Part shown: piece after piece, positions 44,055-55,248 of the stretch
How positions within the stretch are numbered: position 1 is the first letter of the stretch
Layout of the letters: every line of letters begins with the position of its first letter
NCBI GenBank assembly: GCA_963779615.1
Contig: CAVZZA010000003.1
Span: 256,001 to 320,000, forward strand
Source of the DNA: an uncultured Nitrososphaeraceae archaeon
Lineage (GTDB): Archaea; Thermoproteota; Nitrososphaeria; Nitrososphaerales; Nitrososphaeraceae
Direction: 5' to 3'
Length of the DNA stretch: 64,000 nt
Program-made: the position numbers and the translations under genes
The notes under the pieces: generated by a model
The model's input: the letters and a program-made list of their open reading frames with translations, nothing else
Told to the model about the DNA's origin: nothing
The model's database searches: none

Positions 44055-45353
44055 ATGTTTAATTATGAAAATGCACTAATTGTAGGATCTGGCGGAAGAG
44101 AACATGCTTTGGGCTGGAAGATTTCAAAAAGCAAAAAGGTAAAAAAAATTTATTATGCTGATGGAAATGGAGGCACATGTGAGAATATCCCAATTTTGCC
44201 AACCGAAATTGAAAAACTGGCAGAATTTGCGCGCCATAACAAATGCTTTACCATAGTGGGTCCAGAAATACCCCTATCTTTAGGAATAGTAGACTCATTT
44301 AGTTCTAAAGAATTACCAATCTTTGGCCCTTCAAAAAATGCATCATTATTAGAAACAAGTAAAAAACACTCAAAGAATTTCATGAAAAGCAATTCTATAC
44401 CAACTGCAGAGTTTCAAACATTTACGGACAGTACAAAAGCTATAGACTACATAAACAAAATAGGCCACGAGGTGGTTGTAAAAGCAGATGGCCTGGCATC
44501 AGGGAAAGGGGTTTTTGTAACAAACAATCAAAAAGAGGCGATCGAGGCTGTTGAATTGCTTTTAAACAAACAGATGTTTGGAAAGTCATCCGAGGAGATC
44601 ATCATAGAAAATAAAATCACCGGGGATGAGGTGTCCATTATTGCAATGTGTGATGGCAAGTCATTTACCACCCTTGAGCCATGTAAAGACCATAAAAGGG
44701 CTTTCGACAATGATACAGGTCCAAACACTGGAGGAATGGGCAGTTTCTCCCCGGTATCCGACATCAATGTCGAAGAAATTTATCAAATATCAAAAAAGAT
44801 TTTCCAACCCACATTGGACGGAATGATGAAAAATGGAAACCCATTTAATGGGTTTCTTTATGCGGGCCTAATGATAGAAAGCCAAACAAGAAAACCATAT
44901 GTTCTGGAGTTTAATGTAAGAATGGGGGACCCAGAATGCCAGCCCCTGATGATGAGAATGGAATCGGATCTTTTTGAATATATGGAGTCAATTGAGAGCA
45001 AATCAATTGATTCGATGAAACCAATTTCATGGAAAGAAAAACACTCTGTCTGTGTTGTTGTTGCCTCAAAAGGATATCCCGGAAAGTTCGAGACAGGTCA
45101 CACCATAAAAGGTCTGGACAGAGTGGATAAAGAAGGTTTGATGGTATTCCATGCAGGAACAAAATTAAGTTCTTCCAATGAATTGGTAACAAATGGTGGA
45201 CGTGTGCTTGGAGTTACCTCCTTAGGTAATACGCTTGAAGAAGCGATTGATAAATCTTATCGCAATGTTGGAAAAATAGTTTGGGGAAACAACCAACAGC
45301 AATACAGAAAGGATATCGCAATGAAAAGCCAATGTCAAATCAAGTCAGTATGA
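44055..45353 (+). CDS. purD: Phosphoribosylamine-glycine ligase
   Basis: GSGGREHA, KADGLASGKGV, GPNTGGMG, EFNVRMGDPE. Confidence 0.97.
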   Translation: MFNYENALIVGSGGREHALGWKISKSKKVKKIYYADGNGGTCENIPILPTEIEKLAEFARHNKCFTIVGPEIPLSLGIVDSFSSKELPIFGPSKNASLLETSKKHSKNFMKSNSIPTAEFQTFTDSTKAIDYINKIGHEVVVKADGLASGKGVFVTNNQKEAIEAVELLLNKQMFGKSSEEIIIENKITGDEVSIIAMCDGKSFTTLEPCKDHKRAFDNDTGPNTGGMGSFSPVSDINVEEIYQISKKIFQPTLDGMMKNGNPFNGFLYAGLMIESQTRKPYVLEFNVRMGDPECQPLMMRMESDLFEYMESIESKSIDSMKPISWKEKHSVCVVVASKGYPGKFETGHTIKGLDRVDKEGLMVFHAGTKLSSSNELVTNGGRVLGVTSLGNTLEEAIDKSYRNVGKIVWGNNQQQYRKDIAMKSQCQIKSV

Positions 45354-45906
45354 CTTCTTTGTTTGTAATCAAGGCATCCAATTTGACATCATGTGACTCA
45401 TATGGTATAGGCTCTGACATTAATTGGAATTCATATCCAAGCCCCACCTTTCTGCTGTTTTGTTTTGAAAATTGCTTTAGGTACCTATCGTAGTATCCTT
45501 TGCCATAACCTATCCTATAACCACACCTATCAAAGGCTATTCCGGGAGTAATCACGGTATCGATCTCTTCACAGATGTTATCTTTATTTAATAGTGGTTC
45601 TTTTATGTTGAAACTACCAGTCTCCAGATCATTTAGGGTAGTAATTGAGAAAAAAACAATTTTTCCACCCAACAATTTTGGAAGGCAAACCGTCTTTTTC
45701 ACCAGCAAACACTCACGGATTATCCTAAATGTTTGTACTTCATTTAATATAGGATAGTACGCTCCTATAACCCTGCTTTTTGAGAAAAAAAACGAATTTA
45801 GAAAGTTTTCTTGGGCATGCCAGCTCTTGATAAATGCATCAATTGGAGAAAGGTTCTGCCTTAGTGATAGGATCTTATTTTTTAAAGGCTCCTTGCTGCT
45901 CTTCAA
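45340..45906 (-). CDS. 5-formyltetrahydrofolate cyclo-ligase
   Basis: PGIAFD...RIGYGKGYYDRYL, HDVKLD. Confidence 0.93.
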   Translation of the reverse strand: MKSSKEPLKNKILSLRQNLSPIDAFIKSWHAQENFLNSFFFSKSRVIGAYYPILNEVQTFRIIRECLLVKKTVCLPKLLGGKIVFFSITTLNDLETGSFNIKEPLLNKDNICEEIDTVITPGIAFDRCGYRIGYGKGYYDRYLKQFSKQNSRKVGLGYEFQLMSEPIPYESHDVKLDALITNKEVILT

Positions 45907-45913
45907 TTTGCTA

Positions 45914-46771
45914 CTAGATGTAGTTTAAAATTTTGGCCGCCTGAACAGTGTTTTTCAATAGCATGGCAATAGTCATGGGTCCCACCCCGCCTGGAACAGG
46001 AGTTATGAATGCTGCCTTTTCCTTAACTTCATCAAAATCTACGTCCCCCATTAATTTACCATCAACTCTGCTGGTACCTACATCAATAACTACAGAGTTT
46101 TCCTTTATCATGTTTTTTGTTATCTTAAATCTGCTTCTATCACCAACGGCAGTTATGACTATGTCAGAGGATTGTAAAAAATGATCAAGGTTTTTTGTAT
46201 GGGAGTGGCAGACAATAACCGTGGAATTTTTTTCCAACAATAGAAAAGACAAAGGTTTGCCAACCAAGTTGCTTCTATTGACAATTGCAACAGTGGCGCC
46301 ATCCAAATCAATACCATAATATTCCAACAATTTCATTACACCCATGGGTGTGCATGGCATTAATTTGGATTTGTTGTGAAACAATAAACCAGAATTTAAA
46401 AATGTCAATCCATCCACATCTTTGCTTGGGTTGACAAGGTTTAGGGTATGGAATTTATCCAGGTGTTTTTGGAGTGGTAACTGAATTAGTATTCCATGAA
46501 CGCTTTGGTCCTTGTTTAATCCATCTATTAAATCATACAGTTCCTGTTGTTTTATCTTCTCGTCTACCCTATAATCAAGGGTTTTAATTCCTATCGTTTT
46601 GGCGGTTTTTTGCTTATTGTTGATATAGGAAATTGACGGGGGGTCGTTTCCAACAAGAATGGTCGCCAAGCACGGGTATACATTATTTTCAGCTAGTCTT
46701 GATATCTCCGTCTTCAAATCATGTTTCACAGAATTTGAGACCATAATTCCATCCAATAGTGTGGCTGTCAA
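45914..46771 (-). CDS. folD: Methylene-THF dehydrogenase/cyclohydrolase
   Basis: GILIQLPL, KDVDG, PCTP, TPVPGGVGPMT. Confidence 0.97.
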   Translation of the reverse strand: MTATLLDGIMVSNSVKHDLKTEISRLAENNVYPCLATILVGNDPPSISYINNKQKTAKTIGIKTLDYRVDEKIKQQELYDLIDGLNKDQSVHGILIQLPLQKHLDKFHTLNLVNPSKDVDGLTFLNSGLLFHNKSKLMPCTPMGVMKLLEYYGIDLDGATVAIVNRSNLVGKPLSFLLLEKNSTVIVCHSHTKNLDHFLQSSDIVITAVGDRSRFKITKNMIKENSVVIDVGTSRVDGKLMGDVDFDEVKEKAAFITPVPGGVGPMTIAMLLKNTVQAAKILNYI

Positions 46772-46868
46772 TATTTTATCAGGGGTTAAGTTATAGGGTA
46801 TTTTAATTTATTTGAACCACCAAATTTAATTTTAATAGGTAAAATAAAAATATGCGGGTAAAAATAAA

Positions 46869-47681
46869 CTATTTTACCTTGATTTTTGGTGATTCAGGTG
46901 CTTGTTGTAGCTTATCCAGGGCAACCTCCGCAGCCTTTTTACCGGATAACAGCATTGAACCAAATGTAGGGCCCATTCTGGGCAATCCAAAAGTTTCAGT
47001 TACGGACATTCCGGCAGCAATTAGCCCAGGGTACACCTCACCCGTATAGTTAACTACTGCATCTTCGCCGCCTTCTACCCACATTGGATTCATGCCTTTC
47101 CATTCAACCAATCCTCGTTCCATTAAGCGCTTTACAGCCACCGAATCATGACCTGTTGCGTCAATGACAATTTTACTTTCAAATGCCACAGGGTCGACAC
47201 ATGTGATATTTCTGGGTAATGCAGAAACAGGCATCCAATTGATTACCACACCACAGACTTTCTTATTTTTTAGTACCAAATCATCAAATTTTGTCAATTG
47301 CAGGAATCTGACACCAGCGTCACAGGCAGACGATATAAGTTTAGAGCAGGCGTTTGGTCCCCATGTTGCATAAAGGTTTTCGTTAACCTTTCTGTATGGA
47401 ACTCCCAATTCGTCCCATATTTTTTGTGCGGGTGCCCTAACGGTTACCGGATTCATCATATACCCTCCAACCCAGTATCCACCACCTAGGTAATTATTTT
47501 GCTCCACAATCAGTGTTTTAACGCCTTGTTTGGCAAGGTCTCTTCCTGCTATCAATCCTGACGGTCCGCCACCCAATATGATAACATCAGAATCACTATA
47601 TTCCTGAATAGTTTCAAAAAACATTGAAGCAATTGAACGAGTAATCTCCTTCTCGCTTACATCAGCAAAAATTTTTTCCAT
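46869..47681 (-). CDS. thi4: Thiazole biosynthesis enzyme Thi4 (Cys-type)
   Basis: GGGPSG, TCVDP, DATGHD, PRMGPTFGSMLLSG. Confidence 0.93.
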   Translation of the reverse strand: MEKIFADVSEKEITRSIASMFFETIQEYSDSDVIILGGGPSGLIAGRDLAKQGVKTLIVEQNNYLGGGYWVGGYMMNPVTVRAPAQKIWDELGVPYRKVNENLYATWGPNACSKLISSACDAGVRFLQLTKFDDLVLKNKKVCGVVINWMPVSALPRNITCVDPVAFESKIVIDATGHDSVAVKRLMERGLVEWKGMNPMWVEGGEDAVVNYTGEVYPGLIAAGMSVTETFGLPRMGPTFGSMLLSGKKAAEVALDKLQQAPESPKIKVK

Positions 47682-47761
47682 ATGTAATTGTCGTTTACGT
47701 AATATTAATACATTTTTGGAGCCTCTAAAGAATAAATTACCTAAAATCTAAAAGCTAAAGG

Positions 47762-48322
47762 ATGAAAAACACGAAAAAAGGCCTAGTTTTTGTTTTACCG
47801 TATATCTATATTTTTCTATTTTTGGCAACAGTTTCATCAGCAATAAACTACGTTAATGCACAGCATCATGGCGCCCCCCCACCTTATGCTGCCATAGGAG
47901 ACAGAAACATTAAGATGAACTTTATAAGCGAACCATCTACCATAGTTCCAGGTCAGAATTCTCAATTAAAGATGTCACTTACGGATTTAAATTCAGGGAA
48001 AAAGATACAGCATGTCACATACAGAATAACCATAAGCAAGGACAACCAAACCAAAGTTTCTGATTTTTTTCACTCACATAGAGGAGACCTGGCAATATCA
48101 TCAGGGAACGCGAATTCTACAAACATAGGGGTGGAAGGAACATTTGACACTTTAACTAATGCCATTATACCTGATCCTTCAGGAAATGTAGAGATCACAG
48201 GGCCACTATTCTCAGCACCGGGCTCATACAGGGCTGACACAGAAATAATCACAATAGACAACGATAAAACGGATCTATCAACCCCCTTGGAATACCAATT
48301 TGACATTGATGTGAAAAAATAA
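47762..48322 (+). CDS. Secreted hypothetical protein
   Basis: Signal peptide, then QHHG and FFHSH His motifs. Confidence 0.7.
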   Translation: MKNTKKGLVFVLPYIYIFLFLATVSSAINYVNAQHHGAPPPYAAIGDRNIKMNFISEPSTIVPGQNSQLKMSLTDLNSGKKIQHVTYRITISKDNQTKVSDFFHSHRGDLAISSGNANSTNIGVEGTFDTLTNAIIPDPSGNVEITGPLFSAPGSYRADTEIITIDNDKTDLSTPLEYQFDIDVKK

Positions 48323-48960
48323 AAAATGCATTAGTAACCTCATTTGCCATTCTCATTTGCCATTTCATTCTTTCAGCATTACCCATTAATAAAACAGTAA
48401 CTTTTTTTTGCGACACCCCCAAAAACAAAACAATAAGAAAAATAGTTGTGTCCACCCGTAAACCCGTAAAATACCCTAGTTACTTTTATCGGTAATTCCC
48501 GATCAAAACAAATGATATTTTTATCGTTATTTTTGTCTTGATGAAATACCAAATAAAACAACTAATATGCATGCTTTTACATAAAATCAAAATTGCAAAT
48601 AACACCTAAAACAAATGGGATAACATATAAAAAGGCCAATTCCACTTCCCCCACTGTCAATGCAGAATCAGGCGCACACAAAACACACAATTAATGACCA
48701 TTAGATTATGTAAAAGCAAATTTCAAACCTGGCACTTTACTCACCCAGCAGAAATACCAATAACCTGTTAAACCATTTTTTGCATCAGATTTAAAATAAG
48801 TTTAATAAATTATCAGCAGTAAAAGAAATAGATGAAGGAGAGAAAATGCGCCCTTTGTAATAATAGTTTGCAAGGCAAGTCATTAACAAGTTTATGCAAC
48901 GATTGCCTAAAACATGCTGATTGCTGCACAGGATTAGAAAAGATAGAGGGCCTTTAATGA

Positions 48961-49521
48961 TTAGGTAAGTTCAACTATTTTTAAGGTATCAGTCAAAGTT
49001 ATTATTCCTACCACATTACCCTTTTCACCCACCAAAACGCATTTAGCAAAACGAACCAAGGAAACAAGTGCTTTTGCAGGGGTTGAGGCATCCACTAAGG
49101 GTGGGGGGGGCTCCATAACGGAAACTATCTTTACCAAATGAATATCCTTGCCACTATGCTCAACCATTATTTTTGCAAGATTATCCTCTGTCAATATACC
49201 CACAAGCCGGGAACCCTCAAACACAGGCAGCTGACTGATACTATGATCACGCATTTTATGGATTGCCGCGCTCAATGATTCCTCGCTTTGAATGGTGATC
49301 AAATCTTTATTGCAAATATCCCCTGCTTTGATTGATGCATTGCTTTCGATGGACAACAATATCTCAAAAATTCTCTTGGCAGTATCGTAACTTGGTTTAC
49401 ACCTACCAGACTCAATCTGGTTGATCATTGAAGTGCTCACGCCACATAGGAGCGCCAATTTTCTTTGGGTAACCCCTAATTTTAAACGGGATTGCTTAAT
49501 ATAGTCCAGTCGGGGCAACAT
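48961..49521 (-). CDS. XRE-HTH plus CBS-pair transcriptional regulator
   Basis: TQRKLA...QIESGRCKPS; ISQLPV...GIL CBS motifs. Confidence 0.9.
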   Translation of the reverse strand: MLPRLDYIKQSRLKLGVTQRKLALLCGVSTSMINQIESGRCKPSYDTAKRIFEILLSIESNASIKAGDICNKDLITIQSEESLSAAIHKMRDHSISQLPVFEGSRLVGILTEDNLAKIMVEHSGKDIHLVKIVSVMEPPPPLVDASTPAKALVSLVRFAKCVLVGEKGNVVGIITLTDTLKIVELT

Positions 49522-49650
49522 TATAGCTTGTTCATCATTATCACTGTCTTTGTTGTAATTTAATATTTTATTTTTAACTAATTTACAATATTTGGCATAT
49601 TTTCATCAAAGCGATTACCCATATTTTTTTTTAAAAGGCTGTTTTTTCAA

Positions 49651-49725
49651 TGCGACGGCCGGGATTTGAACCCGGGTTACCAGATTGGCAATCTGATGTC
49701 CTAGACCAAACTGGACGACCGTCGC
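49651..49725 (-). tRNA. tRNA-Gly(GCC)
   Basis: GCGACGGTCGTCCAGTTTGGTCTAGGACATCAGATTGCCAATCTGGTAACCCGGGTTCAAATCCCGGCCGTCGCA. Confidence 0.95.
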
Positions 49726-49790
49726 TTTGACAATTTTATTGATAATAAGGCTATTTTAACTATGTGTTTAATGACCTAATTGATTTATAT

Positions 49791-50051
49791 TTACAAGTCC
49801 ACTTCATGGGTCGGTTCCAAAATTTTTTCGGTACCTGTAGGCTTCTTCATAACATTGTACTCTTCAAACAAAGTGTCCAGAGTGTCCTTTTTTACAAAAA
49901 ACTCTTTCTCAATAAAATCTGTATCTTGATTATCACTATACTCCCTGATTAAAACCTTAAAAACACCCTTTTTTATTTCTCTAACTAAAAAATCTGCATT
50001 CTCACCTTCATAATTAAAATAGGTCACATATTCAGATATAGGTACTTCCAA
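49791..50051 (-). CDS. Hypothetical protein
   Basis: 86-aa ORF with protein-like composition. Confidence 0.6.
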   Translation of the reverse strand: MEVPISEYVTYFNYEGENADFLVREIKKGVFKVLIREYSDNQDTDFIEKEFFVKKDTLDTLFEEYNVMKKPTGTEKILEPTHEVDL

Positions 50052-50202
50052 TTTCTCCCAAATAAGGTCAAAAATTAACTAATATTAGTGTATCAAATTT
50101 TCAATGAAAAGACATGTATCAACATTTTACAACTGTCGTCATAATGCCCAATCAACTCTGTGTATCTTGAAATTTTAAATAGTCAGCAAAAGAAATAGCC
50201 TT

Positions 50203-50619
50203 ATGCATAAGAAATATGCTGACAAGACCCCAATGGTATTAGTAGCCGGTTCTTGCTTAGACTTTCACAAAGAAAGGGATGCAATCATGGATCTTATTGG
50301 GGAACTCGAATGGGGCGCTCACTATCACTCAAAATGCGAGTGTTCGTCTGATGGCAAAAAAGTCATGGGTTGGGATTTTTTTCATATTTACATAGAAACA
50401 GACTTTATTATGGAACTAACTCAAATTCATCCAAAAATACGAAAGGAAGAGGGCAATATGGTTGAACAGCAATTTGTATTATGGTTAGAAAAACAATTCA
50501 AAAAAAGGAAAAAGAATTATTATCTAAAACTTGTGGAAATTCCTTTTGACCAATCTAAAGGATTCAGGCTAAATCCTGAACATTATAGAAACGAAGAGAC
50601 TTTATGGGATTTAAGGTGA
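50203..50619 (+). CDS. Hypothetical protein
   Basis: 138-aa ORF with TATA-like ttttaaat upstream. Confidence 0.75.
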   Translation: MHKKYADKTPMVLVAGSCLDFHKERDAIMDLIGELEWGAHYHSKCECSSDGKKVMGWDFFHIYIETDFIMELTQIHPKIRKEEGNMVEQQFVLWLEKQFKKRKKNYYLKLVEIPFDQSKGFRLNPEHYRNEETLWDLR

Positions 50620-51040
50620 CCAAATTTATTCCAATTTTTTGTATAGCGATGTAATTTGCCCATCCGTTGTTGTTCTAGTTTCCTTATCAGAAACATAAAA
50701 TGATCTAATGGCTCTAAAAAGTCAAGGATTTTACAGAATGTTTTTAATCAGATGAATAGTTTTGTATCTTACCATACAAACAATTTGGGAAAGTGAACTT
50801 AATTTTAGTATCCAAATCAAATTTTTGTTCGACCATTACGATTAACACGTTACACACAAATAATTTTTTTCTTCACTGCCTCTTTCATCTTCTTCTTTTC
50901 TGGTTTTTGCTTTTGTGATTTTACATCAAGCTCCAGGTCTGCGCATACATGGTTTCGCTCATAAAAAAAGAAACATCCTTTTCGACACACTTTTGGTCGA
51001 GGTAAAAACTTCAAGCATAGCCCATAACCAGCAGATTCGT

Positions 51041-51106
51041 AGGGTGGAGGGAAAAAGGAGGGTGGAGGGAAAAAGGAGGGTGGAGGGAAAAAGGAGGGTG
51101 GAGGGA
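51041..51106 (+). repeat. 18-bp G-rich tandem repeat (agggtggagggaaaaagg) x3.7
   Basis: Read directly from the sequence. Confidence 0.9.
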
Positions 51107-51230
51107 GAGGGAGATCATGCGGATTGGATCATGAGGAAAACATGGCATATTTAAGATATGAGCTGCAGCAGGTAAAGGGTTTGTGAATCCATGTTTTAAA
51201 TATAAACGCCTTTAGATAAATTGTAATAAA

Positions 51231-52190
51231 TTGAAAACAATCATAATTTCTCATGAATCTGACGTTGACGGAATTTTTTCTGCATCAATCGCTTTAATGA
51301 GATTTCCGCAAGCTAAAACGTTTTTTACAAGTTATGGAAAGGAGAATTTTACAAGAATCTCTGAGACTTTGTATAAAGAAATAATTTCAACACAAGAAAT
51401 AGGGCAGGTGATAATATCGGATCTAGGATTAAATGATGACATGATTGATCTTTTTAAAGAAATCATCATATTTTTAAAGGCGAATTTATGGTCAATGGTA
51501 TGGGTTGATCATCACCCATGGTCGGAGAGGGCAATAGAATCAGTTTCTGGAGGGGTACCAGTCCAACTTGTTCTTGACAAAACAGAAAAATTGTGCGCAA
51601 CCGAAATTATGTGCAATAAATTCTTAAAGGGAAACACTGTTGCAGAAGGGTTATCCCATATAGCTCATACCACGGATTTTTTTACAAAAGATCAGGAAAT
51701 TCCACCGTTGCCCGAGTTAATTGTATTCTATAAAACCTTTCCGGATTTTTATTCTCGAATTTCTGGACTGACAAAGAAAATTTCAAAAGGAACGTTATGG
51801 GATACAGAAATGCAAGAAGAATATAACCAATATTCAAAGTTAAGGGACCATGCAAAAGTTTCCACTTTTGATAAAATAAAAACCGTCAAGACAGATGAAG
51901 GGGTAAAAATTAGCATAGTGCCCACTTCACCCTACTTGCAAATTAGCCTTTTTTCAGAAGAGGTTTTCAAAGGAACAGGATCCGACATAGTATTTTTTTT
52001 TAACAAGGAAGGAAAAATAAGCATCAGAAGAAACAATGAAAACATACACTGTGACAAGATAGCTAAACAATTACTGGAGGGTGGAGGTCACAGGTTTGCT
52101 GCAGGGGGCAGGTTAAAGTCAAACCCGGAAGACATAGATAGAGTAATAAATGAAATAAAAAGTGCGGTAACAAACGCTATGATGGATTGA
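51231..52190 (+). CDS. DHH family phosphoesterase
   Basis: HESDVDG, SDLG, WVDHH, GGGHRFAAGG. Confidence 0.92.
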   Translation: MKTIIISHESDVDGIFSASIALMRFPQAKTFFTSYGKENFTRISETLYKEIISTQEIGQVIISDLGLNDDMIDLFKEIIIFLKANLWSMVWVDHHPWSERAIESVSGGVPVQLVLDKTEKLCATEIMCNKFLKGNTVAEGLSHIAHTTDFFTKDQEIPPLPELIVFYKTFPDFYSRISGLTKKISKGTLWDTEMQEEYNQYSKLRDHAKVSTFDKIKTVKTDEGVKISIVPTSPYLQISLFSEEVFKGTGSDIVFFFNKEGKISIRRNNENIHCDKIAKQLLEGGGHRFAAGGRLKSNPEDIDRVINEIKSAVTNAMMD

Positions 52191-52266
52191 TAGGCTAATA
52201 GATAAATTTACAAGAAATAATTGCCTTTGCATTATCAGGGTTTTTTAGAGTTTTTTTGCCACATAT

Positions 52267-52578
52267 TTATTGGGTCAGCGACACCTCGATATAAACATCT
52301 TCAGGTATTTTTAAACGCATTAATTGTCGTATTGATCTGTCATCTGCACCCAAGTCTATGACACGCCTGTGAACTCGAAGTTCATACTTGTCCCATGTGT
52401 TTGTCCCTTGCCCACAAGGGGATTTTCGGGTTACAACACGCATTTTTTTTGTAGGCAGTGGATGAGGGCCTTTCAATTTGATGCCATTTTTTTCTCCAAT
52501 ATCCTTTATCTCAGAGCAGACATTCTCCAAAGTTAAAAGATTTGTGCTTGTAAGTTTTATTCTAGCTTCTTGGGCCAT
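52267..52578 (-). CDS. rpsJ: 30S ribosomal protein uS10
   Basis: GPHPLPTK, TRKSPCGQG, HRRVID. Confidence 0.97.
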   Translation of the reverse strand: MAQEARIKLTSTNLLTLENVCSEIKDIGEKNGIKLKGPHPLPTKKMRVVTRKSPCGQGTNTWDKYELRVHRRVIDLGADDRSIRQLMRLKIPEDVYIEVSLTQ

Positions 52579-52589
52579 TCAACTTCTAC

Positions 52590-53904
52590 TCACTTTTTGT
52601 TTGGGTCATATTTATCAGTTATAGTTTTAACTATACCCGCAGCAATAGTTGTACCCATATCTCGTAATGCAAACCTACCGATTTCAGGAAATTCTTTAAA
52701 TGTTTCAATAGCCAAAGGTCTAACAGGCTTTATCTTTACTATAGCGGCATCACCTGTTTTCAGAAATTTTGGCTTTTCTTCAACTATTCCACCGGTTTTC
52801 GGATCGATTTTTGCCACAAATTCTGACAAAGTAGCAGCAACCTGTGCCGTGTGGGCATGTAAAACAGGCGTATATCCGGGAGCCAATGCTGTAGGGTGAT
52901 GAATTACGATAATTTGGGCTTCGAACTCTTTTGCGACACTAGGTGGACTATCAGAGTTTCCAATAATATCGCCTCTATGGATTAGTTTTTTATCTACACC
53001 TCTAAGGTTAAATCCGATGTTGTCACCTGCTTCAGCAGAGTCCATTTGAGTGTGATGAGTTTCTATAGACTTTACCTCACCCGTTACACCTGCTGGCATT
53101 ACAATAACTTTTTGATTTGCTTTTATAATTCCAGTTTCTACCCGGCCCACAGGTACAGGTACCTACTCCAGTAATAGAATAAACGTCTTGAATGGGTATA
53201 CGCAATGGTTTGTTGATAGGTTTTTCTGGCGGTATAAAGGAATCCAATGCTTCAGCTAATGTTGGCCCTTTGTACCAAGACATATTTTCGGATTTTTTAA
53301 CAAGGTTATCACCTTTCCACGCAGATACGGGAATAAAATTAACTTTAGATGTGTTGTATCCAACCATTTTCAGCATTTTTTCTACAATATCTTTGACTTC
53401 TTTAAATCGTGCTTCAGTATAACCAGCATCATCCATCTTGTTTAATGCAACAACGATTTGACCCACACCAAGGGTTCTGGAAAGAAATGCGTGTTCTCTC
53501 GCCTGGCCACCAGGTTCAGTAGCCGCCTCGGTCTCTCCGGGTTTAACTGAAACCACTAATATTGCTGCATCTGCCTCAGACGCACCAGTAATCATATTTT
53601 TAATGAAATCTCTATGGCCGGGGGCATCAATTAATGTGTAAAAGAATTTAGAGGTTTCAAATTTTTGAAAAGCTAAATCAATAGTGATACCTCGATCTCT
53701 TTCATCCTTGATGCTGTCCAATACCCATGCGTACTTGAAGGTATCACCTTTGCCAGTAGCTTCAGACTCCTTGGCAAATGTATCTATAGTTCTTTGATCA
53801 ATAACACCTAAATCGACCAATAAATGACCAACAGTGGTCGATTTACCATTATCAACATGTCCAGTTACCACCAAATTCAAATGTGGCTTTTTACTTGCAC
53901 TCAT
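52590..53904 (-). CDS. tuf: Elongation factor 1-alpha (single extra base near 53158, likely sequencing error)
   Basis: [26 protein letters not shown]; two ORFs join as [13 protein letters not shown]. Confidence 0.96.
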
Positions 53905-54491
53905 AACTGTTAAAAATCATTGAGGGGTTTATTTATATTTCGTTATCTCATGTGACTCTGTTTACTTAAATTTTGCGCATATCTAAAGACGCGTATTTCC
54001 ATTATTGGGCATAATAGAAACAGCAAAGCATCTAAATGTAGACATCTACATTGGGATTATACTGTTCATTTGATCCTTCCCTAGGAAAGACATTCCAAAA
54101 ATTATCCTGCTTTGTAAACCACAATAACACTTTAATGTGAAAATAAAGTCAAATTTATTATCCAAGTCAAATATTGTAGAAAAGAAGGACAATGAATAGC
54201 ACCTGGATCTGCAATTGACGAAACTCTAACTAAAATTTGAGGTCGCCATACTGCTGCTGTCTATGGCGGTTTCCTTAAATTCCATAAACAAATTAATAGC
54301 GGGTGTCTTGTATACACTTAGGGAACGCTTTAATTGTTCAAGTCCACAAACACAAGAAAAAGACAATAAATAATTCATTGTTTAGTAAGGGTGTTGGGAA
54401 AGTACAGAGTATTTTCAAGCATTAACATTCTTGAAGATAGAAAACCTTCTTCATCTTTCTCATCATCACAATGCAATAACCCATCCTTTAA

Positions 54492-55248
54492 AAAATCATC
54501 ATGGAACATAAAATGTATGCGTAAAACATTGCATTGGTGCTATTTCGCTGCAGAAAGAGGAAGTGTGGATTAACGCATATTCAAAATGGCCCAACCTATT
54601 TGGATATACAGATAATGAAGTGATTGCTTGGGTATACACCAGTTCGACTTAAACTCGGTTATAGTCATCTTCTAGTCGTACTATATCATTCTCATCAAAT
54701 TCTCCTGTGGATATTTCTAAGATAACAGAAGTACCTTCCAAGTTTACTATCCTATGTTTTGACCCTCTGCCGATATAAAAAGAGTCATTTTCGGCCAACC
54801 GATATTCATCATCATTAAGGTATATTATAATTGAGCCTTTGATTACTTTCCACCGTTCATCACGTTTATGATGATATTGTAAACTCGTTTGCTGGTTTGG
54901 ATTTAAATAAAGAATTTTTACAGTGCATTTTTCATTTTCTATATATTTTTCAAACTTTCCCCAAGGCCTTTCTTCAACATAAACATCCATTTTATTTAAT
55001 CATCTACTTTTAATTAGCATTCTATATGCAACAATAGAAAACATTATTTTTATAATGTATGTTATATATTATATATTAATTGTGGCTTTAGCTACATACT
55101 GTTTCCTTGCTTTAACGATGATTCTAAACAGATTGGGCCATTTTGAATATGCGTTAATCCACACTTCCTCTTTCTGCAGCGAAATAGCACCAAAGCAGTC
55201 ACCAATGCAATGTTTTACGCATACATTTTATGCTTCCATGATGATTTT
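54492..55248. repeat. Long inverted repeat pair (54492-54594 and 55133-55248) flanking a cupin gene
   Basis: Arms identical apart from a 1-nt and a 12-nt indel. Confidence 0.9.
54649..54990 (-). CDS. Cupin, phosphomannose isomerase type II C-terminal-like
   Basis: ERPWG, SLQYHHKRDERW, HRIVN, DIVRLEDDY. Confidence 0.9.
   Translation of the reverse strand: MDVYVEERPWGKFEKYIENEKCTVKILYLNPNQQTSLQYHHKRDERWKVIKGSIIIYLNDDEYRLAENDSFYIGRGSKHRIVNLEGTSVILEISTGEFDENDIVRLEDDYNRV

Noticed and set aside
52590-53904. EF-1alpha as a pseudogene, programmed frameshift or intron-containing gene
   Set aside because: A single extra base in an essential gene with no BHB or slippery context; best explained as sequencing error.
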